From a virus: a stretch of 64,000 bases of DNA. The position numbers were made by a program, and so were the translations under genes. The notes below the pieces were generated by a model. It searched no databases and was not told the origin of the DNA. It saw only the letters and a program-made list of their open reading frames with translations. The stretch's first letter is position 1, and every line of letters begins with the position of its first letter. The stretch spans positions 32,001 to 96,000 of IMG/VR virus record IMGVR_UViG_3300044638_006409; one strand, 5' to 3'. Of the stretch, positions 19,324-30,086 are shown piece by piece.

Positions 19324-21098
19324 TGGGTAATATTAATAACATAAGAGTTGTTTTAGGTTCACTAAGATACAAATCGGCACCGGATACTACATTGTCTTTT
19401 GGAGTTCCTCTAAAACAAACAATGAAAGAACTTACAGAATATGACAGAAATATTGATGTGGGACTCGAACAACTTTTTCAAGATGAAAGAGCTAAATCAG
19501 ACAAGTTCAGACCTACATCAAAAATGTCTATAATTTTTCTAAACTCTTATACTGGTTTTACTAATTATACACCATTTGAAAATAATTTATATTATGTAAA
19601 TGAGGTGGAATCTGCCGCTCAACAATGTTTAGTTGGTAATCCAGCCCTAGTACCTTGGTCTGGGTTTCCTCAGTTCTTTGAGTTCGATTTTATTAGAACA
19701 GATAATAATGTTAGTGGGTATACCCAAGCTTCAGGTAATACATTACCCCCTTTATCACATTTAACTTTTGTTAGTAAAAGTGCCACTTCTTACAATTGGG
19801 GAGTTTATTTGACATACCCCATTTATAATGATTACGAAAGAAGACTATTTGTTACAGACCTATCAGGATTTTCACATACATGGAATGTGTCTGATGGAAT
19901 ACCATTCACAATAATTAGAGGTAATACCTTCAATGGGAGAAATTTAATACAATTTTTGTGTCCATTTGCCCATGGATTGAATGTTGGTGATTATGTGTCA
20001 TTAAATTTTAGTTATACCGGTAGAACTATTCAAAATATATTTCAAGTTTATACTTTGGGAACTAATTTCTCCTCTTACCAAGATACTGTTTTTAATATTG
20101 TTGATGTGGGATTTACAGGTAATACTTTTTCAAACTATAGAAGAGGAAGATTTAAAAAAGTAATTTTACCTGGTAATACGGCAGATACTACATCACAATA
20201 CTATGTTAGAGTACACAAGGTAATTTCTAATCCTGAGGATGTTGTTCTTGTAAAAACAGGTTTTGAACAAAATGTTTTCGGTTCTAAAAAGAAATATGAA
20301 AGTAGTGGTTTTACTCCTACTAAACAAGCACGAGTGTCTATAAAAGATGGCTCTCCATCATACACATTGTCTTTCAACAAGACTTTTTCTTTAGAAAACT
20401 TAATTGATAACCAAAAAAGACCTATCAGTGAATTGTTTTTCTCAGTAGTATGGAGAGGTTATTTCGGTTGGACATTGAGACCAAATTATCCGCTTAAAGA
20501 GGGATATGGGTTTAATTTACCATTGGTAAATCAAGAACCTCAAACTTGGTGGACTACCCCATTATCCAATGTTACTGGTATTACATTGAATACATATAGT
20601 AAATTTTCTGATGGTATTAATTATAATTTTTATTATAATGATACTCTAAAGGAGGGTGATTATATTAATGGGGACTTATGTGAATGGAATAATTTTACAC
20701 AAGAAGAAAGAGTAATATCAAAACTATATCATAAAATAACCTATAACCCTGATGTCTTTAATATACAAACAGACATAATCAATCCTTTGGGGTATTATTA
20801 CCAACCACACTATGGTATAAAAACTAGAGTTTTTTCTGATTATATTGAAGAAGAAACTGCAAGAAACTTGGTAGGTGTACCTGATTATGGATATTATTCG
20901 ACATCGACAAACACATTCAGATGGAGAGATGTTTATCCTTATGGTTTTGTTGACTCAACAAATTTGGGGGTCAACCATCCTTTCATTAATGGTTGTCATT
21001 ATCCATTTGGTAATTATTATTTTAGAATAATTCCTGAAGGAACTAATTATAAAGAAGATAAATCAACCCCTCAACCAATAATAGATAATTGTGAGTAA
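19323..21098 (+). CDS. putative virion structural protein
   Basis: Coupled to the previous ORF (TAATG overlap); HGLNVGDYV beta-barrel-like repeat; aromatic/Thr-rich. Confidence 0.55.
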   Translation: MGNINNIRVVLGSLRYKSAPDTTLSFGVPLKQTMKELTEYDRNIDVGLEQLFQDERAKSDKFRPTSKMSIIFLNSYTGFTNYTPFENNLYYVNEVESAAQQCLVGNPALVPWSGFPQFFEFDFIRTDNNVSGYTQASGNTLPPLSHLTFVSKSATSYNWGVYLTYPIYNDYERRLFVTDLSGFSHTWNVSDGIPFTIIRGNTFNGRNLIQFLCPFAHGLNVGDYVSLNFSYTGRTIQNIFQVYTLGTNFSSYQDTVFNIVDVGFTGNTFSNYRRGRFKKVILPGNTADTTSQYYVRVHKVISNPEDVVLVKTGFEQNVFGSKKKYESSGFTPTKQARVSIKDGSPSYTLSFNKTFSLENLIDNQKRPISELFFSVVWRGYFGWTLRPNYPLKEGYGFNLPLVNQEPQTWWTTPLSNVTGITLNTYSKFSDGINYNFYYNDTLKEGDYINGDLCEWNNFTQEERVISKLYHKITYNPDVFNIQTDIINPLGYYYQPHYGIKTRVFSDYIEEETARNLVGVPDYGYYSTSTNTFRWRDVYPYGFVDSTNLGVNHPFINGCHYPFGNYYFRIIPEGTNYKEDKSTPQPIIDNCE

Positions 21099-21909
21099 CC
21101 AATTTTATTTTACATTACCTACAACAAACAAAACTATTAACTTACCTATAGAAATCAAATGGGATTTCTTAAATAGGACTGATAGTATTGAAATCTATGA
21201 AGATTTTATTTTAGGGGAAGTTATTGGTCTACCTAAGGACTTTGAAGTTACTAGGTTTAGTCATGCTGAGTATAGTCCTAATGAACAAACGAAAATAAGA
21301 TATGAATTCTATTTTTGGAATCAAAATTCGTTACAACCAATATCTACAACAACGAATGTAAATGATTGGCAAAGTTCATATTTAACTGAGGGTTTCACAA
21401 GTGCTGAGGTATATTATTTTACAAATTCATTTACAAACTCCTTTTTTAAACTCGATTTTTACGACACTAACGATGTAAAAACACAAAAAAATTATTTTAC
21501 GGTAATAATTCCAGTTCAGCAAGGTGAAACAATGTCGGCATCCACTTCTAACCAAACACCTAATGTCCAAATAAAAAAACCAATTTTCAATTTGGATTTT
21601 ATTGGTGATAAAGAAGGTTTCTTTTTTTATTGGTTATTGGATAGAGAATATTTGAATTTAGATACATTTTATATGTCAGCAAAGTTCTTTGATGCTAAAC
21701 TTGGTGTCTTCGTTAAGATGATGACAACACCACAAGCATCATTACCGAGTAATCGATTCACCTTCGATGGAAGTCGATACTTTTTTTATCAAGTCAAATT
21801 GGACTACGATAATAAAACATACAAAGTTTTTGAATTTCCTTACGATAATATCGATAGAGTTGGGATTACAAATAAACCCATAAAATGGTATGAATACGTA
21901 AATCCATAA
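21091..21909 (+). CDS. putative virion structural protein
   Basis: Overlapping GTG start within the tail operon. Confidence 0.5.
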   Translation: MSNQFYFTLPTTNKTINLPIEIKWDFLNRTDSIEIYEDFILGEVIGLPKDFEVTRFSHAEYSPNEQTKIRYEFYFWNQNSLQPISTTTNVNDWQSSYLTEGFTSAEVYYFTNSFTNSFFKLDFYDTNDVKTQKNYFTVIIPVQQGETMSASTSNQTPNVQIKKPIFNLDFIGDKEGFFFYWLLDREYLNLDTFYMSAKFFDAKLGVFVKMMTTPQASLPSNRFTFDGSRYFFYQVKLDYDNKTYKVFEFPYDNIDRVGITNKPIKWYEYVNP

Positions 21910-23099
21910 TGCAAGAACAAACATATCATATAAGGATTTCTCCTGAAAATCTTAAAAACGATTTGAAATTAGGAAGGTTCATTTTGGGCTCAGTTCCAAC
22001 ACCTATCAGTGCTGACCCTTGTTGCTCAATCGTTTCAATTTCAAATACACCACCATCTAACTATAGTGGGTATACTTTTTTCTATCCCCCTTTACCTGAT
22101 ATCTTATCGGGTGGTACAAATGGTTCATCATTGTTAACAGGTTTGACAATACCGATTATGTTAACTCAAAATACTGTAGATATAGGATATTATTCATTAT
22201 TTGATGGAATGATTTTCCAACAAGACACAATCACTAATTTTATTTTTTCTGGAAACCCATCTAATGCCTATAGAGTCTTTTTAACAAATACTTCTGCACT
22301 ATCGGCCAAAAAATTCTTGGAGTTTTCAACTTACACAATAGATTGGGGAGATAACACACCAACAGAATCAGTTCCTTCTAACTTGGGGAATAATTATTTC
22401 CATGATTATCCATCAAGTAGTGCTAACTATACAATTACTATGTCGGGTAATAGTCCTTGGGGTTTAAATATAGTAAAAAAAACAATAACATTACCAATTA
22501 GTGGTGTAACTATTCCTAACCCAAATGGTACAGCATATTTTGTACCACAAGGTGGTAGTTGGTCTGGTACACCATTGAGTTATGATTATCTATTTTCGGG
22601 AGACTCCAGTTGTGATTTTGCGTTAGAATCGTATGATGATTTCACATCAGTACCTTTTTTAGTAACTGGATACACTAAATCCTCTCTGAATGATTTAAGA
22701 GTCTATGGTAATAGAAATAATTTATATGGTGGAGGTTTCATTTTAGGTTTCCCAATTACAGGAAGTTCAGGTGTAATTGGAACTTTTCACGGCCCCGATA
22801 GTTCAGGTCTTTTTACCTCATATACAATAAATGATATATTATACTATGATTATATAGATGGTACAACTATTTTTTTAGTTGAACAATCTGGATTTACTAA
22901 TGATACTATTGTTTGTTCGGCAATAACAAAAGATGAGGTATTAATGAATGTAATTTCAGAACCTGAAGTACAATCAAATGTTTTTGTTGAGAGGGGTAAG
23001 TTATCTGGGTTAGAAAGACTAATTAGATTGGGTGAAGTTGACAATGTTGGGGATTTGGAAAAGTATGGATATAAATTTTTTAATATTGTAAATATATAA
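21909..23099 (+). CDS. putative virion protein with PKD-like domain
   Basis: YTIDWGDNT...HDY...YTITM matches the PKD domain pattern. Confidence 0.55.
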   Translation: MQEQTYHIRISPENLKNDLKLGRFILGSVPTPISADPCCSIVSISNTPPSNYSGYTFFYPPLPDILSGGTNGSSLLTGLTIPIMLTQNTVDIGYYSLFDGMIFQQDTITNFIFSGNPSNAYRVFLTNTSALSAKKFLEFSTYTIDWGDNTPTESVPSNLGNNYFHDYPSSSANYTITMSGNSPWGLNIVKKTITLPISGVTIPNPNGTAYFVPQGGSWSGTPLSYDYLFSGDSSCDFALESYDDFTSVPFLVTGYTKSSLNDLRVYGNRNNLYGGGFILGFPITGSSGVIGTFHGPDSSGLFTSYTINDILYYDYIDGTTIFLVEQSGFTNDTIVCSAITKDEVLMNVISEPEVQSNVFVERGKLSGLERLIRLGEVDNVGDLEKYGYKFFNIVNI

Positions 23100-23134
23100 G
23101 TTCAATATTTATAAACAAAAGAAAAGTATAAAAA

Positions 23135-24046
23135 ATGGCAACAGGTAGTTATGGTACAATTAGACCGGCAGATGTTTCACCAGAAGATGTTGAGATTATC
23201 TTAAATTATACACCATCAAGAGACGAAACACAAAATTTCGTTCTAACAAAGTTGGATGCAAGAACAATTCTCAAACCTTATTTCAATAACGCAAACACTG
23301 GTGGTAATTCAGGAATTGAGGTCTTAGGTGGATTATATAATTTGACATTACCAAGTGACCAATTTAATAGAGTTGGAATTTACACTCTAATGTTAAGACC
23401 TGTTCAAATTAGAACAAAAATTTTGGATTGTGCCGTTCTATCAACATTACCGAATGTTAGAGGTTTAGTAATAGATTTAAATCAAGTACCTTCGTTATAT
23501 AGAAATAAATTTTTTGAACAAGGTTTAGTTGGATATAGGATTGAGTATTTGAATTCAGATGGTTCTAAAATAGCCAATTTTTTTAGAATAGTTACTTCTT
23601 CATTTTTCTGTGAACCAGTTGTCCAAAATTTAACGAATACATCACAGAAAGCTGTAAGATATAGATACACAGATACAAATACAAATTTAGTATTTTGTAC
23701 TCTATCTCCATCTTCAGCACCATCAAATAAACCAAATGCAATTCCATACATCGGACAACCGAATCAAGACATTATTATTACTAATACCTATTTCAATCCT
23801 ATTACTTTAGATATCGAAATAGCTGAACACGACTTTGGAACATTAGCTATTGCACTATTTGGTAATCAAACGAAATCTATGGAAGATGGTATCTACACTA
23901 TGTATGATAACAATAATAACATTTATAAACAATATAATCTTTACGAAATTAAAGACCAATTCAACGAAACTCTTTATGAGGTTAGACAAGATAGAGGTGA
24001 CAATATTGATACTAACAAAAGTTTTTCTAGAATAACATCACAATAA
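23135..24046 (+). CDS. putative structural protein
   Basis: Preceded by TATTTATA at 23106-23113; lies in the tail/baseplate block. Confidence 0.5.
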   Translation: MATGSYGTIRPADVSPEDVEIILNYTPSRDETQNFVLTKLDARTILKPYFNNANTGGNSGIEVLGGLYNLTLPSDQFNRVGIYTLMLRPVQIRTKILDCAVLSTLPNVRGLVIDLNQVPSLYRNKFFEQGLVGYRIEYLNSDGSKIANFFRIVTSSFFCEPVVQNLTNTSQKAVRYRYTDTNTNLVFCTLSPSSAPSNKPNAIPYIGQPNQDIIITNTYFNPITLDIEIAEHDFGTLAIALFGNQTKSMEDGIYTMYDNNNNIYKQYNLYEIKDQFNETLYEVRQDRGDNIDTNKSFSRITSQ

Positions 24047-27000
24047 TGGCTAATAATTTTACAGTACCACCGCAACCAGTCACTGGTGCACAAACCTTCT
24101 CAGATAATTTAGTTGGATTACAACTAGTTACAGGTGGGGGTTTGACTAATGCTAACTTTGGATTTTCTACTTCAACAAGTGAAAAGGTCAATAGAAATTT
24201 TATTACGGGTACTTTTTCTGAACCAATCAATTTAAATGGATTGGGTGTTGAAAATATTGGTCAATCCAAAGCAATAATAGAAAATAATTTTAAGGTATAC
24301 CCCAACTTTGACCTCACATTAGTAACAAACTTTACATTATATGGTTCCATGGTAAAGAGGATGTCAGCCTCGATTACTACTATAATTTCTTACTTCCCAG
24401 CCGCATTGGAGTCAACATTTCAGGGTTTGGATTATACTACTGGTGCGACAGTGGAGAATATATTTTACAACGAGGTTACGGATGAAACCACATTCGATTT
24501 AATTGTTTCAAGATTAAGAAATCCATTCGAAATCGATTTTACTATTAATGCAACGAGGAATCTTAGTTTAAGGGAAGTAAAAGTAAGTGATTTGAGGAAT
24601 ATGACCACTGGTTACACTAAATATTCTTTATATTTGGGTAGTTCAGGGTTTTCAATTACAAATATAACACCTACAACAGATTCTTCTTCAGGTGTATTGA
24701 CACTCAGTTCACAAGGTAATCCATTCTCAGGACTTAGTGTTTATTATGGTAATATAGTAATTAGACCTAATGATTCTGAGGTAAACAAAGTTTTCAACGA
24801 AAATTTAGATGAAGTAGAAAACTTCCTTTTGAATCGTAATATTACACCAATTTATACGGCACAATTTGTAACCCCAACTCTAAGTGATGATGGAACTTAT
24901 CTAATAAACACTTCATTATTAACTTGGCCTTTAAATGGTTTTTGGAACATTGACATACAGACTGGAAAATTTACGACTTATCTTACAGAGTTAAATGAGA
25001 TTAGTGAGTTCTTCGATTTGTATCAAACTAATCTAATATCAAGATTTTATACAACACCAGCTTTTAAAGAATTTGACACTCCTGACCAAAAAATGGAGAA
25101 GATTCTACAAATTTATGGTAGAAGTTTTGATGAAACAAAGAAGTTCATAGATGCCTTAGCAAATATGACTTCAGTAAATTATAATGTTGGTGCTGACATA
25201 CCTTCACAACTTTTAAAAAATTTAGCACAAACTTTAGGGTGGACAACAAACATATCACCTATTTCTAACACGGCCTTTTTGGATTCAGTTTTCGGACAAA
25301 CAAATCAAAATCTTTCTCAATACACTGGTTTACCAACACAAACTACACCTGACCAACTTAACTATCAATTTTATAGAAATTTGGTATTAAATTCTGCTTA
25401 TTTATTTAAGTCCAAAGGTACAAGGAAATCGATAGAAATTTTATTGAGATTAATTGGTGCTCCTGAAGCTTTAGTTGAATTTAATGAATTTGTATACTTA
25501 GCTGACCAAAAAATCAATTTGGATGACTTCAATCAACAATATGCCCAAATTTCTGGAGGTACTTATACACAAATATTACCATCTTTAGACCCAACAAATG
25601 TATTTAGAATTTTGGGATACGATTATACTGGTTTTACCACTTCATCAACCTCAGTAAGTGTTAATTTGACAACTGGTGAAATTCCTATGGATGAGTTTGG
25701 TTATCCAACAACTCCACCTGAAAGTGAAGATTACTTCTTCCAAATAGGTAGTGGGTGGTTCGAACAAACACCTCAACATCGAGCACCTGAAGAAGTAGAC
25801 TTAGTTAATTCCACTTTTACAGGAAACAATCCAAATTTTCAAACCACACTGATACCATTCAATTACGGACAAGTTTATTTGAATAGATTTAGAAAGTTCC
25901 CATTTATGTCGTTGGGATATAATTTATCTTCTATTGTCGATAATAACAAAAGTTGGCATGATTCAGAAGTTGGATTGAGGTCTAATAACGAGTCAACATT
26001 CAACGCTAGATACAATGTTGAAGATGATAAGTTGGTTTTGAATGTTAAAAATATGGATTTGTTTATGAATCCAGCTCAAGGTATTGCTTATGATGTTTGG
26101 TATATGTCAAATGAATTTAACTACCCAATACCTAATCAAGGGTTAAATTATGTACCACCAACATATTGTGATCCTAATCCATACACAAACTACCCAAATA
26201 GAGGTGGTGTGGATTGGACTGAAATAAATCCACAACCCCAAAGGAAAACATTTTTCGAATTTGCACAAACATTTTGGAATAATACGATTAATGTTAGAAA
26301 TAGATTATTTGCGTCTAATGGTAAAACTGGTGGTTATCCAACACTTGAGTCTATTTTCTGGAAATACTTACAATCTAAAGAAACTATTAATATACCTAAC
26401 AATAATTTCAGTTATGAAACAATGTTGGAGTATGTACAAGGTATAGGTGATTATTGGATAAGAATGGTTGAACAAATGATACCAACCACAACTATATGGA
26501 ATACAGGTACTAAATTGGAAAATTCTATATTTCACAGACAAAAATTTGTTTGGAGAAGACAAGAGGGATGTCAAGTTGTACCTTTCGAGATACCAGTACC
26601 AAATCAGGGTGGAACTGGTGTAGGAAATCCTCCGGTAATAAGTAATCCAAATCAACAAACAGGTAATGATGCCGCGGCTAAAAGATTACCACCAACTTGT
26701 CGTTCATGTAGTACATCGTCATCTATATTCTCATATGATTGTCCGATTGATGCTGTCCAATGTTCAGTATATCCAAGTGAAATTAACCCACAACTCCCTG
26801 ACTTTTTTGCTGTGTTGGGTAATGTTTTGAATACTTACTTGAATGGTAATGGTTATAATATGAATAATTGTGATTTGAATAGTTTAACGACTGAATGGTT
26901 CGTTGATGTACGAATTAATTCAGTACAAGTTATTAGTTATTCATTTTTTAATGGTTTCGGATATAATAATTTAATAACAAGTGCACCAAGTCTATCAGCT

Positions 27001-27171
27001 TGGAAAAATGCTTTAACATTTGCCCTAGAGGATTTAGTTAATTTGGGTTATGATTATTATTTTACAAATAAGGGCAGATTAGTGGTTTATAGTTTATTAT
27101 GTCCTGAAGAAGAACAACAATTCGATTTTAAATTGAATGTTGGGATAAACTTTTCAATATTATGTAGTTAA
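24046..27171 (+). CDS. baseplate wedge protein (P2 gpI / T4 gp7-like)
   Basis: LLKNLAQTLGW and YLFKSKGTRKSIEILLRLIG resemble the gpI/gp7 signature; Cys-rich C-terminus. Confidence 0.6.
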   Translation: MANNFTVPPQPVTGAQTFSDNLVGLQLVTGGGLTNANFGFSTSTSEKVNRNFITGTFSEPINLNGLGVENIGQSKAIIENNFKVYPNFDLTLVTNFTLYGSMVKRMSASITTIISYFPAALESTFQGLDYTTGATVENIFYNEVTDETTFDLIVSRLRNPFEIDFTINATRNLSLREVKVSDLRNMTTGYTKYSLYLGSSGFSITNITPTTDSSSGVLTLSSQGNPFSGLSVYYGNIVIRPNDSEVNKVFNENLDEVENFLLNRNITPIYTAQFVTPTLSDDGTYLINTSLLTWPLNGFWNIDIQTGKFTTYLTELNEISEFFDLYQTNLISRFYTTPAFKEFDTPDQKMEKILQIYGRSFDETKKFIDALANMTSVNYNVGADIPSQLLKNLAQTLGWTTNISPISNTAFLDSVFGQTNQNLSQYTGLPTQTTPDQLNYQFYRNLVLNSAYLFKSKGTRKSIEILLRLIGAPEALVEFNEFVYLADQKINLDDFNQQYAQISGGTYTQILPSLDPTNVFRILGYDYTGFTTSSTSVSVNLTTGEIPMDEFGYPTTPPESEDYFFQIGSGWFEQTPQHRAPEEVDLVNSTFTGNNPNFQTTLIPFNYGQVYLNRFRKFPFMSLGYNLSSIVDNNKSWHDSEVGLRSNNESTFNARYNVEDDKLVLNVKNMDLFMNPAQGIAYDVWYMSNEFNYPIPNQGLNYVPPTYCDPNPYTNYPNRGGVDWTEINPQPQRKTFFEFAQTFWNNTINVRNRLFASNGKTGGYPTLESIFWKYLQSKETINIPNNNFSYETMLEYVQGIGDYWIRMVEQMIPTTTIWNTGTKLENSIFHRQKFVWRRQEGCQVVPFEIPVPNQGGTGVGNPPVISNPNQQTGNDAAAKRLPPTCRSCSTSSSIFSYDCPIDAVQCSVYPSEINPQLPDFFAVLGNVLNTYLNGNGYNMNNCDLNSLTTEWFVDVRINSVQVISYSFFNGFGYNNLITSAPSLSAWKNALTFALEDLVNLGYDYYFTNKGRLVVYSLLCPEEEQQFDFKLNVGINFSILCS

Positions 27172-29321
27172 TGTCTTGTGAATTAAATTTTGCTGTCACA
27201 TCAATCACTGGAGATTGTACAAATTCTAATTTAGGGGCATTCGAATTAAGTATCCAATCAACCTCTCCTGGTGTTTCCCTTCAGATGATTGACCCATTCA
27301 GTTCAACAACAATTATAGGAACTGCTACAACTTATACCTTCAGTGGATTGAGTGCGGGTACTTACACATTTTATCTTTTTGATAGTTGTCCTACCCAAAC
27401 TTCACCCTTCTCGATTTATATTTCCTCAGGTAGTTGTATAAACATAGCCGAAGTTGGACACACAGTATGTAATTCCCCAAATGGTTATTTGACAGTTTTT
27501 TTTGATGAAATATACAACTATTTTGCACAACAATTTTATTTATATAACATAAATTCAGATGTTGCAGTTCAAACCATTTCTAATGGTCAACAATTGACAA
27601 CATTCTATGGTTTAGAACCAGGAACTTATTATGTTGTTGGAACTGATGGGGGTGGTTGTGTTGGAAAAACTGAATCTTGTATTGTAAAAAGTTCTACAAC
27701 TTTGGATTTCGGATTTTATACTATAAATGACGCTGATTGTGCTGTGAATACTGGTGCTATCTATGTTACAGGTCTGACAGGTAATCCACCATATAATTAC
27801 GGATGGGTACCATCACTAACAAGTGGTAGTTTTTTGACTGGTTTAACACAAGGTGAATACTCATTAACAATACAAGATGCTAGTGGTTGTATTGTATCTA
27901 AAACAGCAACCATCGAAAGTATTCCCCCATTAAATGTTACAAATATTTTGGGTACACCCCCCTCTTGTTTTTCAGGTGATGGTGAAGTGATAGTTTACAT
28001 TAGTGGTGGAACAGCACCTTATTATTATCAAGGAAGTAATGGGGAAACGGTGATAACATTTTCCCAATATTATACTTTTACAGGACTTACAAGTGGTATT
28101 TTTTCGGTAAATGTTACAGATGCTGGGTTATGTACAACCACAAGTTCAACAACTATTCAAACCCCAAATAGTTTCTATGTTGTATCATTAAACACAACAA
28201 ATTCTACTTGTAATGACAACTCAGGTGGATTGTCGTTACAATTAGCTGGAGGTTCTGGTTTTTACACTGCAACTATTACTGATAATTTAGGTAACACTCA
28301 AACAAGTTCTAGTTTTGGTAGTTCTACAGCTTTCAACAATTTAAGTTCAGGTGTCTACACACTTCAAATAACAAATGGTGGTCCTTGTGTATACACCCAA
28401 ACAATTACCATTAGTAACACAAATTTATTTACTCTTAGTACATCTACTACTGGTACAACTTGTAATAATGAGGATGGTTCAGTTACTTTAACCATCACTT
28501 CAGGCGGCACACCTCCATATCTTTATGACATCGGAATTCAATCAGATACTAGTAGTAGTTTGTCTTACACTTTTTATAATTTAGCTTCAGGAAATTACAC
28601 AGCGTCTGTATCCGATTCAAATTTTTGTCAACAAATCGAACCATTTAATATATCAATCTCGAATAGTGTTGACTTCAATTTAAATGTTATATCACCAACA
28701 ATCGGTTTAAATGGTGAGATTAATGCGTTTATAACTAATGGTGAACCACCATTTTCTTGGACTTGGAGTTCAAATGTTCCAAGTGGTCAAACTGGACTCA
28801 CGATTACTGGATTGTCGGCAGCTTCTTACACATTATCAGTAACTGACGACAATGGTTGTGTTAGAACACGAAGTGTAAGAATGTTTGGATATAATTTGGT
28901 AAGTTCATATGAAATATTAAGTTTATGTGAGGATGTATCTTCATTCACTGGTGAAATAGGTAAAAGAGGTCCACAACAAATGTTGATTGAAGGATTTTTT
29001 GACTTAACCTCAGGTGATACGGGTTGTATTTTAAATGAAGCTATTTATGAGGTAGTTGTATCAGGAGGCTCAACCGTGAAAACTAGTACTTTTTATACTG
29101 GCACTACCTTAAATGATTTCCCAACAGACGATGAGTACTACACAGCTTTAAGTAATACCTTACTTCAGTACGATGGTATCCAAACTGTTGATTTAGACCC
29201 ACTCAATAATCAAATTATTATTAATACAATATGTGATCCACCAATTTCACTAATTGATTTACAAATAACAGCTAATTTAAAAATCTATTACGATATAAGT
29301 TGTATTTCATGTACACCATAA
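27171..29321 (+). CDS. SprB-repeat-like virion/adhesin protein
   Basis: Several repeats of C...G.....GG(T)xPYxY...GL.xGxY...VTDxxGC. Confidence 0.7.
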   Translation: MSCELNFAVTSITGDCTNSNLGAFELSIQSTSPGVSLQMIDPFSSTTIIGTATTYTFSGLSAGTYTFYLFDSCPTQTSPFSIYISSGSCINIAEVGHTVCNSPNGYLTVFFDEIYNYFAQQFYLYNINSDVAVQTISNGQQLTTFYGLEPGTYYVVGTDGGGCVGKTESCIVKSSTTLDFGFYTINDADCAVNTGAIYVTGLTGNPPYNYGWVPSLTSGSFLTGLTQGEYSLTIQDASGCIVSKTATIESIPPLNVTNILGTPPSCFSGDGEVIVYISGGTAPYYYQGSNGETVITFSQYYTFTGLTSGIFSVNVTDAGLCTTTSSTTIQTPNSFYVVSLNTTNSTCNDNSGGLSLQLAGGSGFYTATITDNLGNTQTSSSFGSSTAFNNLSSGVYTLQITNGGPCVYTQTITISNTNLFTLSTSTTGTTCNNEDGSVTLTITSGGTPPYLYDIGIQSDTSSSLSYTFYNLASGNYTASVSDSNFCQQIEPFNISISNSVDFNLNVISPTIGLNGEINAFITNGEPPFSWTWSSNVPSGQTGLTITGLSAASYTLSVTDDNGCVRTRSVRMFGYNLVSSYEILSLCEDVSSFTGEIGKRGPQQMLIEGFFDLTSGDTGCILNEAIYEVVVSGGSTVKTSTFYTGTTLNDFPTDDEYYTALSNTLLQYDGIQTVDLDPLNNQIIINTICDPPISLIDLQITANLKIYYDISCISCTP

Positions 29322-29333
29322 AAAAAATTAAAA

Positions 29334-30059
29334 ATGGCCTTAGATAGTATTGTAACAATTAATCAAACAATTTGTGGATGTGATGGAACACTTTCGGTTT
29401 ATTCCTTTGGTGGAAATCCTCCATATTCATATTCAATCAATGGTGGGATAAGTTATAAAAATTCTCCGTTGTTTTTTGACTTATGTTCTGGTTTGTATAG
29501 TGTAGTTACAAAAGATGTGTCAGGTACAACAATATCAAAAACAATATTTTTAGAAAAACCATCAGGCTTTACAACATATTCAGTATCAATTCAAACAACT
29601 AATAGTCAATCGATAAGTTCACCATCGTTAAATGTTTTCGATTATACATCGACAATTGTAGTGAATCCCGAACTACCATCAGGTGTTAGCCTCACTTTTG
29701 ATGTCAGACATTTGAACACAACGAGTAATTCACCTTCATTAACTGCATGTACTGCAACAACTACATCACAATTAGAAATAAATTCTGTTCTAAGTGGTAT
29801 GTCCTATTCGTCTACGACTACAGGAGAAACATTTAATCCGACACCGGGTTGTCAAGGAGAAACAAAATATATTTCTTCACTGACAGAGGTATGGAATAAT
29901 GTTATATACAAACTTGGTGATGATTTTATTTTATCAACAACAACATCAATATTAAAAAATATAGACATAAATTGTTACATAGGAACAAGCACAGATAGTT
30001 TTACAATCTCGAATTTGAGAATAAGTGGTTGTGATTGTTGTAAAGCTGTGGTAACATAA
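29334..30059 (+). CDS. SprB-repeat-like Cys-rich protein
   Basis: CDGTLSV..GGNPPYSYSINGG...LCSGLY.VVTKD. Confidence 0.6.
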   Translation: MALDSIVTINQTICGCDGTLSVYSFGGNPPYSYSINGGISYKNSPLFFDLCSGLYSVVTKDVSGTTISKTIFLEKPSGFTTYSVSIQTTNSQSISSPSLNVFDYTSTIVVNPELPSGVSLTFDVRHLNTTSNSPSLTACTATTTSQLEINSVLSGMSYSSTTTGETFNPTPGCQGETKYISSLTEVWNNVIYKLGDDFILSTTTSILKNIDINCYIGTSTDSFTISNLRISGCDCCKAVVT

Positions 30060-30086
30060 AATCCTACATAATATATTTATAAACAA